A stretch of DNA of 64,000 bases from Eledone cirrhosa (Eukaryota), in assembly GCA_964016885.1 (NCBI GenBank), contig OZ024749.1, positions 23,374,001-23,438,000 of the forward strand, read 5' to 3'. The translations under genes and the position numbers were made by a program. Within the stretch, counting starts at the first letter, position 1; each line of letters opens with the position of its first letter. Of this stretch, positions 27,916-41,582 are shown in pieces. Below the pieces are notes generated by a model. It searched no databases. It saw nothing but the letters and a program-made list of their open reading frames with translations, and had not been told where the DNA came from.

Positions 27916-28735
27916 ATATATATATATATATATATTTAAACCGTAAATTATAATCAATGTGGCGTGTTAACTGACTTACCAATGTATACAGTGAATTCAT
28001 TTGCCCTAGGTGTCAGGAAGACACTCGGTATATATCAGAAACAATACTGAAGGAAAACAATGAAAAATAAATACACAATAATAATAATCCCTTCATACCA
28101 CCTTCTTTAAGAAAATGGAATTTAGAGATCCATTGCTGCCCTTGGGACTTCAGTAGAAATCATTATTCAAATTATCAAAATCATGGTGATATATTTTTAA
28201 ATCTTACTTTTACAAAAATAAAAATTTCTTATCGTTTAAATTCATAACAAAATCCAATATTAACATTTCCAGAAGAAGAAAAAAATTTTAAAATACGAAT
28301 ATGTTTCATACACCGGTACAACTTATATCGCGCAAAATATGATATCAGATCTAGAATTTATAGCATCTCTAAATTATTCACATACGGGCAATGCGTACTT
28401 TAATACAGACATAATCTCGGCTGCACATACTTACAGGTTAATTGTGCACGTAAGAGTCTCTTGTTGATTCGTAGATGCTTGAAATAGAAAACAAAATTTA
28501 AATGAGAGCTTAAAATAATTTAATGCAAATTGGATAACTATACTACATCCACTTAATCAAAGGAAATTCCAATCTCCGATATCTTAATTCAGGCTTCGGG
28601 AAATTGCAAACGTCATGCTTCTCAATTGAACAGATATCAACTATATTACAGAAATAAAAAGCAAGTGCAAAATGGATTTTCGTGAAGAGGCATCTCGACG
28701 GTGATATTAATATTAATATATTATCAAAAAAAGCG

Positions 28736-28837
<102 letters not shown>

Positions 28838-29329
28838 GTGTGCATATATATGTTTGTGTACGCACACACACGCATATATATATATATATATGTATATATT
28901 TATATAAATATAATTTCAGCGAGATCGAATCTCGGCAGGGTCAAAAACAAAGCGAAACGCAATTTTCGAGATATGCGGCAAGCGCTCAATGGACTAAAAG
29001 AATACCAGAGCAATAAACATAGGTTATAGAGGCCAAACAAACTGAAAACGGCGGTCATGAAGCTATCAGCCACCGAACCCCAAAAACGAAGCAAGCTAAA
29101 CAGGTCAAACGAATTTATATAGTAGAGAAAACTATTCCTCTCCGATGAGAAAACGTATCAACACAAAATCAAATATACAGTCATACACTAAAATGTGTGT
29201 GTGTGTCTATATATATATATATATATACATGTACATAGAAACTCATACACATATGTACATATATACATTCTCACTTATGTTTGCACACCCCCACAACATA
29301 TATATATATATAGAGAGAGAGAGAGGGAG

Positions 29330-29530
29330 GTAGAACACTGGAAGGTGATATCCGTAGTGCTAGAGCACTCAGTCCATGGGACGAGTTAGGTAGAAGTGGT
29401 AACACAACAGTTAGTTCACCATATCGAGAACAATTGTTTCACCTTAGCGGATGTCCATTACGAAATGATGATCCGCTAAGGTGAAACAATTGTTCTCGGT
29501 ATGGTGAACTAACTGTTGTGTTACCACTTC

Positions 29531-29533
<3 letters not shown>
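29330..29533 (-). mobile_element. Second copy of the 989-1226 family with inverted arm; hammerhead core mutated (ATGATGA)
   Basis: Sequence identity to 989-1226; arms 29390-29452 / 29471-29533. Confidence 0.75.
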
Positions 29534-29578
<45 letters not shown>

Positions 29579-29584
<6 letters not shown>

Positions 29585-30423
29585 TTTACATATATATATA
29601 CATACACATACATATACGTGTTTTGCAACTGGTCACTTTTTGGCTCAATGAAAAATTAATAAATTAAACAATCAGAGCTATATATCATAAAACATGTCTA
29701 TAGAATCAAAAGATAAAATATATACTATTTCCTCTCCCAATTAGCATAATTAACTATATAAAAATCGAATAGACCAGGCTATACGAATGAGGCTTCTATG
29801 AAGGAATCTCCAACAAATAACCAAAACTAGCGCTTCGCGTCGGCCGTAGTGGAATTTTTATCGAATATTTCGACAGCGTAATCGCCTAGATACAGTCAAC
29901 TAAGCAGAATTAGGTTTAAAATAAACTAGAAGAAAATAGAATACACTTAAATACCTCTACCATGGTTTCGTCCGTGTTTTGAGTTATCCAATAATTATGT
30001 AATCATTATATAAACTCGAGCGCCGGATTCTTCAGGAAGCTCGCTCATATCTAGAGATTAAATTTTCCAAAACAATCGCGCCAAGAATGTATTTCAAAAT
30101 GGCTAAAAATCGTGACGTAGTCGCGGTCAAGTTGGAAGGGTGTGGTAGTTGCTTACGACTGGTGGCATTTTTTCTAGAAAGCACAGCACAATACAGGCAA
30201 ATTTGTATCTCAAACTAGTGGGAGATTATTACATATAAAAGTTTACATATATATATATATACATACACATACACATACATATACGTGTTTTGAAACTGGT
30301 CACTTTTTGGCTCAATGAAAAATTAATAAATTAAACAATCAGAGCTATATATCATAAAACATGTCTATAGAATCACAAGATAATATGTATACTATTTCCT
30401 CTCCCAATTAGCATAATTAACTA
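29579..30423 (-). mobile_element. Non-coding element with about 180-bp direct terminal repeats (29579-29757 / 30236-30423) and an internal hammerhead
   Basis: Repeated aaagtttacatata..gcataattaacta; partial-tandem layout typical of Penelope pLTRs and retrozymes. Confidence 0.65.
29954..30039 (-). ncRNA. Type I hammerhead ribozyme with extended stem II
   Basis: cttc-CTGAAGA-a tccg..gagtt..aactc..cgga c-GAAA-ccatgg-TA-gagg; palindromic stem III accatggt. Confidence 0.7.
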
Positions 30424-31311
<888 letters not shown>

Positions 31312-31602
31312 CAAATAACGAAACGAAATTAAATTTCGTTTCGTTTGTAACTCACTTTTGTATGACTGACGCTCAAACAATTAAGTCAAAGATGTACATC
31401 CATATATGTATACTGAAATACTAGTATGTATATGAATACACACACGTATACATATGTAGATGTACCAAGTTTTTTTTCACTGATCACTTTACTGTGAGTG
31501 GCCAGCTATTCTGTATGTAAACACACAGACAAACCGGTTTTTAGAGTCATACTGGTTTTTGAGGAAACACCTTTCCTCTATTCTCCAGAAAGCCAGACAA
31601 GG

Positions 31603-31647
31603 AATATTGAACTAGTTTCGTTGTTGTTACAACTCATCAGCAATATT
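31603..31647 (-). ncRNA. Type I hammerhead ribozyme, unit 1 (identical copies start at 32072, 32541, 33009, 33478, 33948)
   Basis: aatattg-CTGATGA-gttgt aaca acaac-GAAA-ctag-TT-caatatt: 7-bp stem I, 5-bp stem II, palindromic stem III aactagtt, GUU cleavage triplet. Confidence 0.9.
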
Positions 31648-34310
31648 TACCTATCTTCCGGCCTCTCTAGAGAATCGTAAAAGCACATATCGCTATATGC
31701 TTTTTCTATGAAAATTAGTAGTGGGCAGACCAACTTGCATAGAGTGTGAGTAAGTACCGGTTCAACGGAGACGATAAAAACAAATAACGAAACGAAATTA
31801 AATTTCGTTTCGTTTGTAACTCACTTTTGTATGACTGACGCTCAAACAATTAAGTCAAAGATGTACATCCATATATGTATACTGAAATACTAGTATGTAT
31901 ATGAATACACACACGTATACATATGTAGATGTACCAAGTTTTTTTTCACTGATCACTTTACTGTGAGTGGCCAGCTATTCTGTATGTAAACACACAGACA
32001 AACCGGTTTTTAGAGTCATACTGGTTTTTGAGGAAACACCTTTCCTCTATTCACCAGAAAGCCAGACAAGGAATATTGAACTAGTTTCGTTGTTGTTACA
32101 ACTCATCAGCAATATTTACCTATCTTCCGGCCTCTCTAGAGAATCGTAAAAGCACATATCGCTATATGCTTTTTCTATGAAAATTAGTAGTGGGCAGACC
32201 AACTTGCATAGAGTGTGAGTAAGTACCGGTTCAACGGAGACGATAAAAACAAATAACGAAACGAAATTAAATTTCGTTTCGTTTGTAACTCACTTTTGTA
32301 TGACTGACGCTCAAACAATTAAGTCAAAGATGTACATCCATATATGTATACTGAAATACTAGTATGTATATGAATACACACACGTATACATATGTAGATG
32401 TACCAAGTTTTTTTTCACTGATCACTTTACTGTGAGTGGCCAGCTATTCTGTATGTAAACAAACAGACAAACCGGTTTTTAGAGTCATACTGGTTTTTGA
32501 GGAAACACCTTTCCTCTATTCTCCAGAAAGCCAGACAAGGAATATTGAACTAGTTTCGTTGTTGTTACAACTCATCAGCAATATTTACCTATCTTCCGGC
32601 CTCTCTAGAGAATCGTAAAAGCACATATCGCTATATGCTTTTTCTATGAAAATTAGTAGTGGGCAGACCAACTTGCATAGAGTGTGAGTAAGTACCGGTT
32701 CAACGGAGACGATAAAAACAAATAACGAAACGAAATTAAATTTCGTTTCGTTTGTAACTCACTTTTGTATGACTGACGCTCAAACAATTAAGTCAAAGAT
32801 GTACATCCATATATGTATACTGAAATACTAGTATGTATATGAATACACACACGTATACATATGTAGATGTACCAAGTTTTTTTCACTGATCACTTTACTG
32901 TGAGTGGCCAGCTATTCTGTATGTAAACACACAGACAAACCGGTTTTTAGAGTCATACTGGTTTTTGAGGAAACACCTTTCCTCTATTCACCAGAAAGCC
33001 AGACAAGGAATATTGAACTAGTTTCGTTGTTGTTACAACTCATCAGCAATATTTACCTATCTTCCGGCCTCTCTAGAGAATCGTAAAAGCACATATCGCT
33101 ATATGCTTTTTCTATGAAAATTAGTAGTGGGCAGACCAACTTGCATAGAGTGTGAGTAAGTACCGGTTCAACGGAGACGATAAAAACAAATAACGAAACG
33201 AAATTAAATTTCGTTTCGCTTGTAACTCACTTTTGTATGACTGACGCTCAAACAATTAAGTCAAAGATGTACATCCATATATGTATACTGAAATACTAGT
33301 ATGTATATGAATACACACACGTATACATATGTAGATGTACCAAGTTTTTTTTCACTGATCACTTTACTGTGAGTGGCCAGCTATTCTGTATGTAAACAAA
33401 CAGACAAACCGGTTTTTAGAGTCATACTGGTTTTTGAGGAAACACCTTTCCTCTATTCTCCAGAAAGCCAGACAAGGAATATTGAACTAGTTTCGTTGTT
33501 GTTACAACTCATCAGCAATATTTACCTATCTTCCGGCCTCTCTAGAGAATCGTAAAAGCACATATCGCTATATGCTTTTTCTATGAAAATTAGTAGTGGG
33601 CAGACCAACTTGCATAGAGTGTGAGTAAGTACCGGTTCAACGGAGACGATAAAAACAAATAACGAAACGAAATTAAATTTCGTTTCGTTTGTAACTCACT
33701 TTTGTATGACTGACGCTCAAACAATTAAGTCAAAGATGTACATCCATATATGTATACTGAAATACTAGTATGTATATGAATACACACACGTATACATATG
33801 TAGATGTACCAAGTTTTTTTTTCACTGATCACTTTACTGTGAGTGGCCAGCTATTCTGTATGTAAACACACAGACAAACCGGTTTTTAGAGTCATACTGG
33901 TTTTTGAGGAAACACCTTTCCTCTATTCTCCAGAAAGCCAGACAAGGAATATTGAACTAGTTTCGTTGTTGTTACAACTCATCAGCAATATTTACCTATC
34001 TTCCGGCCTCTCTAGAGAATCGTAAAAGCACATATCGCTATATGCTTTTTCTATGAAAATTAGTAGTGGGCAGACCAACTTGCATAGAGTGTGAGTAAGT
34101 ACCGGTTCAACGGAGACGATAAAAACAAATAACGAAACGAAATTAAATTTCGAAATTTAATTTCGTTTCGTTATTTGTTTTTATCGTCTCCGTTGAACCG
34201 GTACTTACTCACACTCTATGCAAGTTGGTCTGCCCACTACTAATTTTCATAGAAAAAGCATATAGCGATATGTGCTTTTACGATTCTCTAGAGAGGCCGG
34301 AAGATAGGTA

Positions 34311-34355
34311 AATATTGCTGATGAGTTGTAACAACAACGAAACTAGTTCAATATT
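34311..34355 (+). ncRNA. Type I hammerhead ribozyme, inverted arm (identical copies 34780-34824, 35251-35295)
   Basis: aatattgctgatgagttgtaacaacaacgaaactagttcaatatt read directly on the + strand. Confidence 0.9.
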
Positions 34356-35520
34356 CCTTGTCTGGCTTTCTGGAGAATAGAGGAAAGGTGTTTCCTCAAA
34401 AACCAGTATGACTCTAAAAACCGGTTTGTCTGTGTGTTTACATACAGAATAGCTGGCCACTCACAGTAAAGTGATCAGTGAAAAAAAACTTGGTACATCT
34501 ACATATGTATACGTGTGTGTATTCATATACATACTAGTATTTCAGTATACATATATGGATGTACATCTTTGACTTAATTGTTTGAGCGTCAGTCATACAA
34601 AAGTGAGTTACAAACGAAACGAAATTTAATTTCGTTTCGTTATTTGTTTTTATCGTCTCCGTTGAACCGGTACTTACTCACACTCTATGCAAGTTGGTCT
34701 GCCCACTACTAATTTTCATAGAAAAAGCATATAGCGATATGTGCTTTTACGATTCTCTAGAGAGGCCGGAAGATAGGTAAATATTGCTGATGAGTTGTAA
34801 CAACAACGAAACTAGTTCAATATTCCTTGTCTGGCTTTCTGGAGAATAGAGGAAAGGTGTTTCCTCAAAAACCAGTATGACTCTAAAAACCGGTTTGTCT
34901 GTGTGTTTACATACAGAATAGCTGGCCACTCACAGTAAAGTGATCAGTGAAAAAAAAAACTTGGTACATCTACATATGTATACGTGTGTGTATTCATATA
35001 CATACTAGTATTTCAGTATACATATATGGATGTACATCTTTGACTTAATTGTTTGAGCGTCAGTCATACAAAAGTGAGTTACAAACGAAACGAAATTTAA
35101 TTTCGTTTCGTTATTTGTTTTTATCGTCTCCGTTGAACCGGTACTTACTCACACTCTATGCAAGTTGGTCTGCCCACTACTAATTTTCATAGAAAAAGCA
35201 TATAGCGATATGTGCTTTTACGATTCTCTAGAGAGGCCGGAAGATAGGTAAATATTGCTGATGAGTTGTAACAACAACGAAACTAGTTCAATATTCTTTG
35301 TCTGGCTTTCTGGAGAATAGAGGAAAGGTGTTTCCTCAAAAACCAGTATGACTCTAAAAACCGGTTTGTCTGTGTGTTTACATACAGAATAGCTGGCCAC
35401 TCACAGTAAAGTGATCAGTGAAAAAAAACTTGGTACATCTACATATGTATACGTGTGTGTATTCATATACATACTAGTATTTCAGTATACATATATGGAT
35501 GTACATCTTTGACTTAATTG

Positions 35521-35598
<78 letters not shown>

Positions 35599-35731
35599 AA
35601 TATATATATATATATAATAAATATATATAGATAAATAAATATATATATATATAAATATGTATATATATATATTTTAAATAGCGCCAGTTCGTAATTTGAA
35701 CTCGAGAATTTTATATTCTCCGAGTGTAAAG

Positions 35732-35818
35732 ACTTTCTGAAGAGAGTTTATCTTTTCAATGGAAGGTCGCAAAGACTGTCCATTTATTTTTGAGACTCGA
35801 AACCGATTCGGTAAAGGT
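35732..35818 (+). ncRNA. Type I hammerhead ribozyme with extended stem II and a stable stem III
   Basis: acttt-CTGAAGA-gagttt..aatgga..tccatt..agactc-GAAA-ccg att cgg-TA-aaggt; GUA triplet. Confidence 0.78.
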
Positions 35819-36038
35819 AACCATAGTGAGTACAGTGAATCTTTTAAAATTTATTTTGAAACTTATTCTTATTTGCTAAACGTTGATTATATATGTACTG
35901 GCTTAATTTATTAACGTGCCATTGAACCACATTGGCATATGGTTTGACAATACATGTGACCCTAGACGCTTTTTGCGTGTAGGGATATATACTTCTTATT
36001 TGCTAAACCTTGATTATATAAATATATATATATATATA

Positions 36039-36663
36039 TAGAAAGATTTGAATGGATACAGTTTAGTTGAAAGGAATTTATTGACACGTGTTTCTATAAC
36101 AGTTACATAACCTAAAACAGCTATCTACAAACTTTTAGTTATGCAGACATTCAATATTTCAATGTTATTGTTTACTGTCATTTCATCAGAATAATATTAC
36201 TGAGGACCTATTTAGTTTTTATAGAGAATATTAGGAGGAAGGGGTGAAGTTGTTAGAAGAATAGTTGAAGGAGTGGTTTTTCGATAGCAGTGAGAATTCT
36301 TGGTGGCAGTGATTAATTAGATTCCCATCTGTTGTTTTGACATTTTTTATAGAATATATTATTGGTTATTTTAAAAAACTAAATAGGTCCTCAGTAATAT
36401 TATTCTGATGAAATGACAGTAAACAATAACATTGAAATATTGAATGTCTGCATAACTAAAAGTTTGTAGATAGCTGTTTTAGGTTATGTAACTGTTATAG
36501 AAACACGTGTCAATAAATTCCTTTCAACTAAACTGTATCCATTCAAATCTTTCTATTTTTCTCCGGATTACTTTTGGAACTACAACTGGAACCGTCGAGC
36601 AAACTCTACGTGAGCTGATAATCTACTGTGTGTAATATTTATATTACAACACAACGGAAAAAA

Positions 36664-36666
<3 letters not shown>
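36039..36666. mobile_element. Penelope-pLTR-like insert with 182-bp inverted arms (36039-36220 / 36374-36555) and a hammerhead-like motif (36401-36446)
   Basis: tatt-CTGATGA-aatg..catt-GAAA-tat-TG-aatg (G at the cleavage position); (TA)n on both sides. Confidence 0.7.
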
Positions 36667-36762
<96 letters not shown>

Positions 36763-36885
36763 TATACATATATAATAATAAAATGTGGACAGGAATAATA
36801 GACAATTATTAAACATACAAATAGATAAATAAATGCCATTGTTAAATAATAAATAAATCAACTAATACCTTAACACATCACACAA

Positions 36886-37008
36886 AGTAAAACATTTCGT
36901 TTTAATTATTTTCTAACCCCAAAAAATGAGAGAAAGAAATAAAAAAGGAAAAAAAATATTTTTCTTCCTAATAATCGTCTCTTTCTCCCTGTTTTCATCT
37001 ATATATAT

Positions 37009-37104
<96 letters not shown>

Positions 37105-37197
37105 ATATATATAGATGAAAACAGGGAGAAAGAGACGATTATTAGGAAGAAAAATATTTTTTTTCCTTTTTTATTTCTTTCTCTCATTTTTATATAT

Positions 37198-37245
<48 letters not shown>

Positions 37246-37356
37246 GAAAACAGGGAGAAAAAGACGATTACTAGGAAGAAAAATTTTTTTTTTTCCTTTT
37301 TTATTTATTTATCTCTTTTTCTGGGTTAGACAATGATTAAAACGAAATGTTTTACT
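36886..37356. repeat. Palindrome centred on (TA)n (36922-37191) plus a third, more diverged arm (37243-37356)
   Basis: ttcctaataatcgtctctttctccctgttttcat is mirrored twice. Confidence 0.85.
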
Positions 37357-37361
37357 ATATA

Positions 37362-37412
<51 letters not shown>

Positions 37413-37495
37413 ATAATAATAAATTTGAAGACTAAAATCCAAAGAGGGCTCGATAAGGATAAATATATATCAAACATATAAGAACGGTAGAGCAA

Positions 37496-37645
37496 ATATT
37501 TATTAAAATAACAGATTAAAGTTTAAGCAAAGAATCGCTGCTTTCACCCTTAACGGGATCTTCTGAAACTAGTTTCAGAAGATCCCGTTAAGGGTCAAAG
37601 CAGCGATTCTTTCCTTAAACTTTAATCTGTTATTTTAATAAATAT
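37496..37645. repeat. 150-bp spacerless palindrome with a degenerate hammerhead-like motif in each arm
   Basis: Centre gaaact|agtttc; cAgaaga-t ccc gttaa ggg t-gaaa-gcagc. Confidence 0.8.
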
Positions 37646-38339
37646 ATATATATATGTTTATATATATATGTATATATATATTTATATATGTATATACATA
37701 TATATTTGACGCCATTTTAGAACATACAAGTGTAAATAAAACACATCTGAATTATTCTATTCAAATAACAAATGCTCCAACCTTTCAGTTTTATTTAATT
37801 TTTTTATCCTGTCTCTCGTATCATTCTGGCTACCATAGATCACGTGTTACACCTGTCAGCTGCTGAACTAAACTGATCCTGAGAAATTGGAAAACGAATT
37901 GAAATTTATAAAAAATTTCTTTTTTTATATTCAAATCGCAAAAGTCTTAATTTTCAGTCCCGTGATCAAAATATACGACACCGTTCAGAATTAAATGAGA
38001 TGTTTTAATTAAAATTCTGTCTAAGATTATATATATTTTTTTTATTTCAGTTTATCATTTTCTGTTTTATTTTTTAACACGTTTTAATTTCTCACTTTAT
38101 ATCGATACCTATATATTTTGTATGATTGCATATTTAACTTAGTTTTTAAGTTTTTGGTAACATATTTGCTAACGAGAGTTGCATTACCTAAGGGACATGG
38201 CTTGAAAACTATATCGACTTTCGTCTATTCAAACATTCTAATTAGCGTCTATATGTTATTTTTTGTATCATGGTTTCACTACATTTAGTTCTATTCCTTC
38301 ATGATGGCTATTGATACACATCACACACACAGACGTACG

Positions 38340-38422
<83 letters not shown>

Positions 38423-38803
38423 CAAAGTCGTTGTGGTAAGGAACCAGATGGACCATAACGCACCAGAGTACTCAATACTTAGGGTAGTAGATATAGCCGT
38501 TGAAACGGCTTGAGCTCTGCCGTCGGGGTCATACATTTCCCTATATGTGTATATATATGATAACAATAAAAGGACGATTTGTAATGTATTCATTACATTT
38601 ATTGAGTGGTGACGCGCGTTTTGTATCATTCTGTATCATTCTGCCCCGACTCTGGAATCAAAAGCTCGTCGGAGCTCTGCTGTGGATAATATAAAGAAGT
38701 ATTTAAATGCACCGGTATTTCCTGTATTACAGAATACTTACCCAGAACATATTAAGCCTTCACAGGTAGAAGTAGAAAAGCAGCAGAGGGATGATGGATA
38801 CAA

Positions 38804-38896
38804 CCAGGTGCACCCTCTGCTAGAATTAAGAGTGCGTGACATTTTACATTAATTGAAATGGCAGAAGTTCTAAGCTCATTGCAAGCTATTCTTCAT
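38804..38896 (+). repeat. Dispersed repeat of about 90 bp, second copy about 42881-42975
   Basis: gtgcaccctctgcta.aattaagagtgc..ttttacattaattgaa.tggcagaagttct..cattgcaagctattcttcat in both. Confidence 0.8.
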
Positions 38897-39236
38897 AGAA
38901 TCTTTATTAAATATTCTATTATGAATGTGTAATTACCACAGCAGAGGACGGACCAGCTTTTGCATCCAGAGATGGGCCAGAACGATACAGATCGAACCTT
39001 GAGCTGATCAATAGCGAAACGCGCGTTACTGCTCAATAAATGTAATGAAGACATAACAAATCGTGCTTTTAGTATTATATTTACACTCTGTTTAGTTCTA
39101 CACCTTGAGTGCTCACCTGGGTGAACCTACAGTAACTGCATGTTACACTCCCTATATATATGTATATATATATATATATATATATACATACACACATGCA
39201 TGTAAGTATGCGTATGTAACTGAACGTTAAACTCCC

Positions 39237-39283
<47 letters not shown>

Positions 39284-39285
<2 letters not shown>

Positions 39286-41563
39286 AAGGCGGGTAAAATT
39301 CCAGAGATCCATGGACGAGTTCTCTCCAGCGGTCTCTGTCCCTCATTATCGCTGCCATGTCCTGCATCTCCAACAGACCAGTGTCTGTCCTTAGGGCATC
39401 AACATACGTTAACCTTGGTCTTCATCTTCTAGTGTGTCCATGTAGCGGCTCCCAAAGGAGCACTGAGTGCAATGTCAACTCTGGATGTCGGTGAGCATGT
39501 CCAGCTAACCTCAGTCTCCTCTGTGTCACTTTTGAGCTGACTTTTGGGATGCTCCCATACAGCTCTGAGTTTTTCATCCTCAGTGTATACTGATTAACGT
39601 TCAGAGCCATCTTCAGCATTCTCGGGTAGCATCCATCCACCATCTGAGTGAGTTTCTTGGTCAGTGTCCAAGTCTCAGACCCATACAGCAGCACATACTC
39701 CACTACAGCAATGAAGAGGCGGACTTTCAGGTCTCTACGAAGGTCCGACTTCCACACCGATCTCAAGCTGTGGCACGCCGCCCAGGCCTTGCTCTTCCTC
39801 TCAACTACATCATCTTCCGTATTCCCAATCTTTGCTCCCAAATACTGGAAGTCATCAACCAATTCCAGCGGCTTCCCGCCTACATTAGTGATCCCCTCTG
39901 GATTCTCAACATTCTCTACCAGATATTTTGTTTTAGTCTCATTCATTATCAGCCCCACACTCATCGATACAGTCTCCACCTCCCGCATCAAATCCTCTAC
40001 CTCCTTCACTGTATTTGTCACCAAAACTATGACTTCAGTGTAAGCGGTACAGAGCTCTTCCCTCATCACCTCCACAGTCTCCATCCTCTCCGCCGTAGGA
40101 TCAGCATAGAATTGGTCCTTGGCAGCTTTCAGGTGTTCTCTGGCTGCACACACTTTTGGGTTTGCAGAGCTGACGTGCTTCCCTTTGTTCTTTTTCCTCG
40201 GCACCAGGGTTTCACTTGCTTCCGCCACTGCATTGGTGAAGTGCCCGTACCTCCGCGTCATACTCTCCTCAGTCCATCCAATCTCTCTCACCTCTGACTC
40301 TCCACACAGAGCACTAAACCTGTTTCTCACTTCCACTGTGAAACTCTCCTGTAGCTTATCATCTTCCTTGAAAGCTCCCCAGTCATAGATTGTTCTCCGG
40401 GGCCGAGCCTTGCTCTTTCTTAAGCTCACCCGGACCTCATTCATAACAAGCCGGTGGTCACTACCCAGTGTACTGAAATAGCTGTATGGTTCCGTGTTCA
40501 GAACACTATTCCGCCACTTTTTCCTCACCAGAATGAAATCAATCTGGGACTTGGACAGGTGCATATCTGAGATGTAGGTCCACATCTTCCCCAGATTCTT
40601 CCTAAACCTTAGGTTGGTCGCCATCAAGTTCGCCTCCAGCAGGGTGTCTCTCAGTAGTCTTCCATTTCGGTTGGTGTTGTTATGGAAGTACCAGCAAGGA
40701 TCTTCACTGCCCTCCTTACTCAGATGTGCATTGAAGACCCCCAAAACAAGCAGGATATTCTGTGCCTGAGTGGTGTTGACAGCTCTACACACCTCCTCAT
40801 GGAACTCTTCCGCACTCACATTACTGTCCCCCTCGGTTGGACTATAGGCTGAAATGACTGTCAGTCTTGGGTTTCCATTGAAGCTCACCCTCAACACTCG
40901 CGGGGAGATAGGCATTATTTCCCTCACCAACAGATTGGTTTTTGCATTGAACACAAATCCCACTCCTCCCACTGCAGCATTTGTTGTGTTCTCCACTGCC
41001 GATGTAGTGATGAGCTGGCTCCTCTTCCCGATCATCACACTCCTCACGGGATCATCGTGTAGGATCCTGTCTTCTTGGATCGCAAGTATCTGTATACCAC
41101 TCTCCTCGAACAGATGTCCCAACTCCTCTCTCTTCTCCAGCGTCCGAATAGTCCTCACATTCAAAGTGCCCATTTTGATGGCTCTTCTGCAGGACAAAAC
41201 TGCATTCTTTATATTTGTCTCAGAGACAGCTGATCCATCATCCACTGGCCCTCTCTGTGGCTCTAAGCCAGCAGAGTCATAACGACCAGGCTGCTGCTTG
41301 ACAGTGTAATTAGGGGCTCTAACCCTAGTGCTGTTAGATCGACTCTCCATATTTCTTTTCAATGGCTGACAATACCTTACCGGCGCCACTCGAATAAGGT
41401 AGTTATTTAAGCCATAAATGGAGCCCTAACAGGTAGTACCACCCCGGGCCAGGGCAGACCTGGGAGTCATGACAACTAAGGGGTAACTCCACATTCCCCA
41501 CATATCCTGAACTCCCGAACTGGAGCCTTGCCACTGGATGTAGTTTAATGTCATACCCAGGAC
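39284..41563 (-). mobile_element. RTE-clade LINE with both ends retained but RT core deleted, inserted in (TA)n
   Basis: ORF 39422-41389: APE motifs (GTLNVRT, ILAIQE, SAYSPT, QIDFIL, SDH) joined in frame to the RT thumb (DDFQYLG, LLYGSETW, RRLRLAGH). Confidence 0.88.
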
Positions 41564-41582
41564 ATATATATATATATATATA

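Noticed and set aside
31498-31680. Repeated 60-aa ORF (MASYSVCKHTDKPV...) in each array unit
   Set aside because: GTG start, no recognisable domain, antisense to the ribozyme; it recurs only because the DNA is repeated
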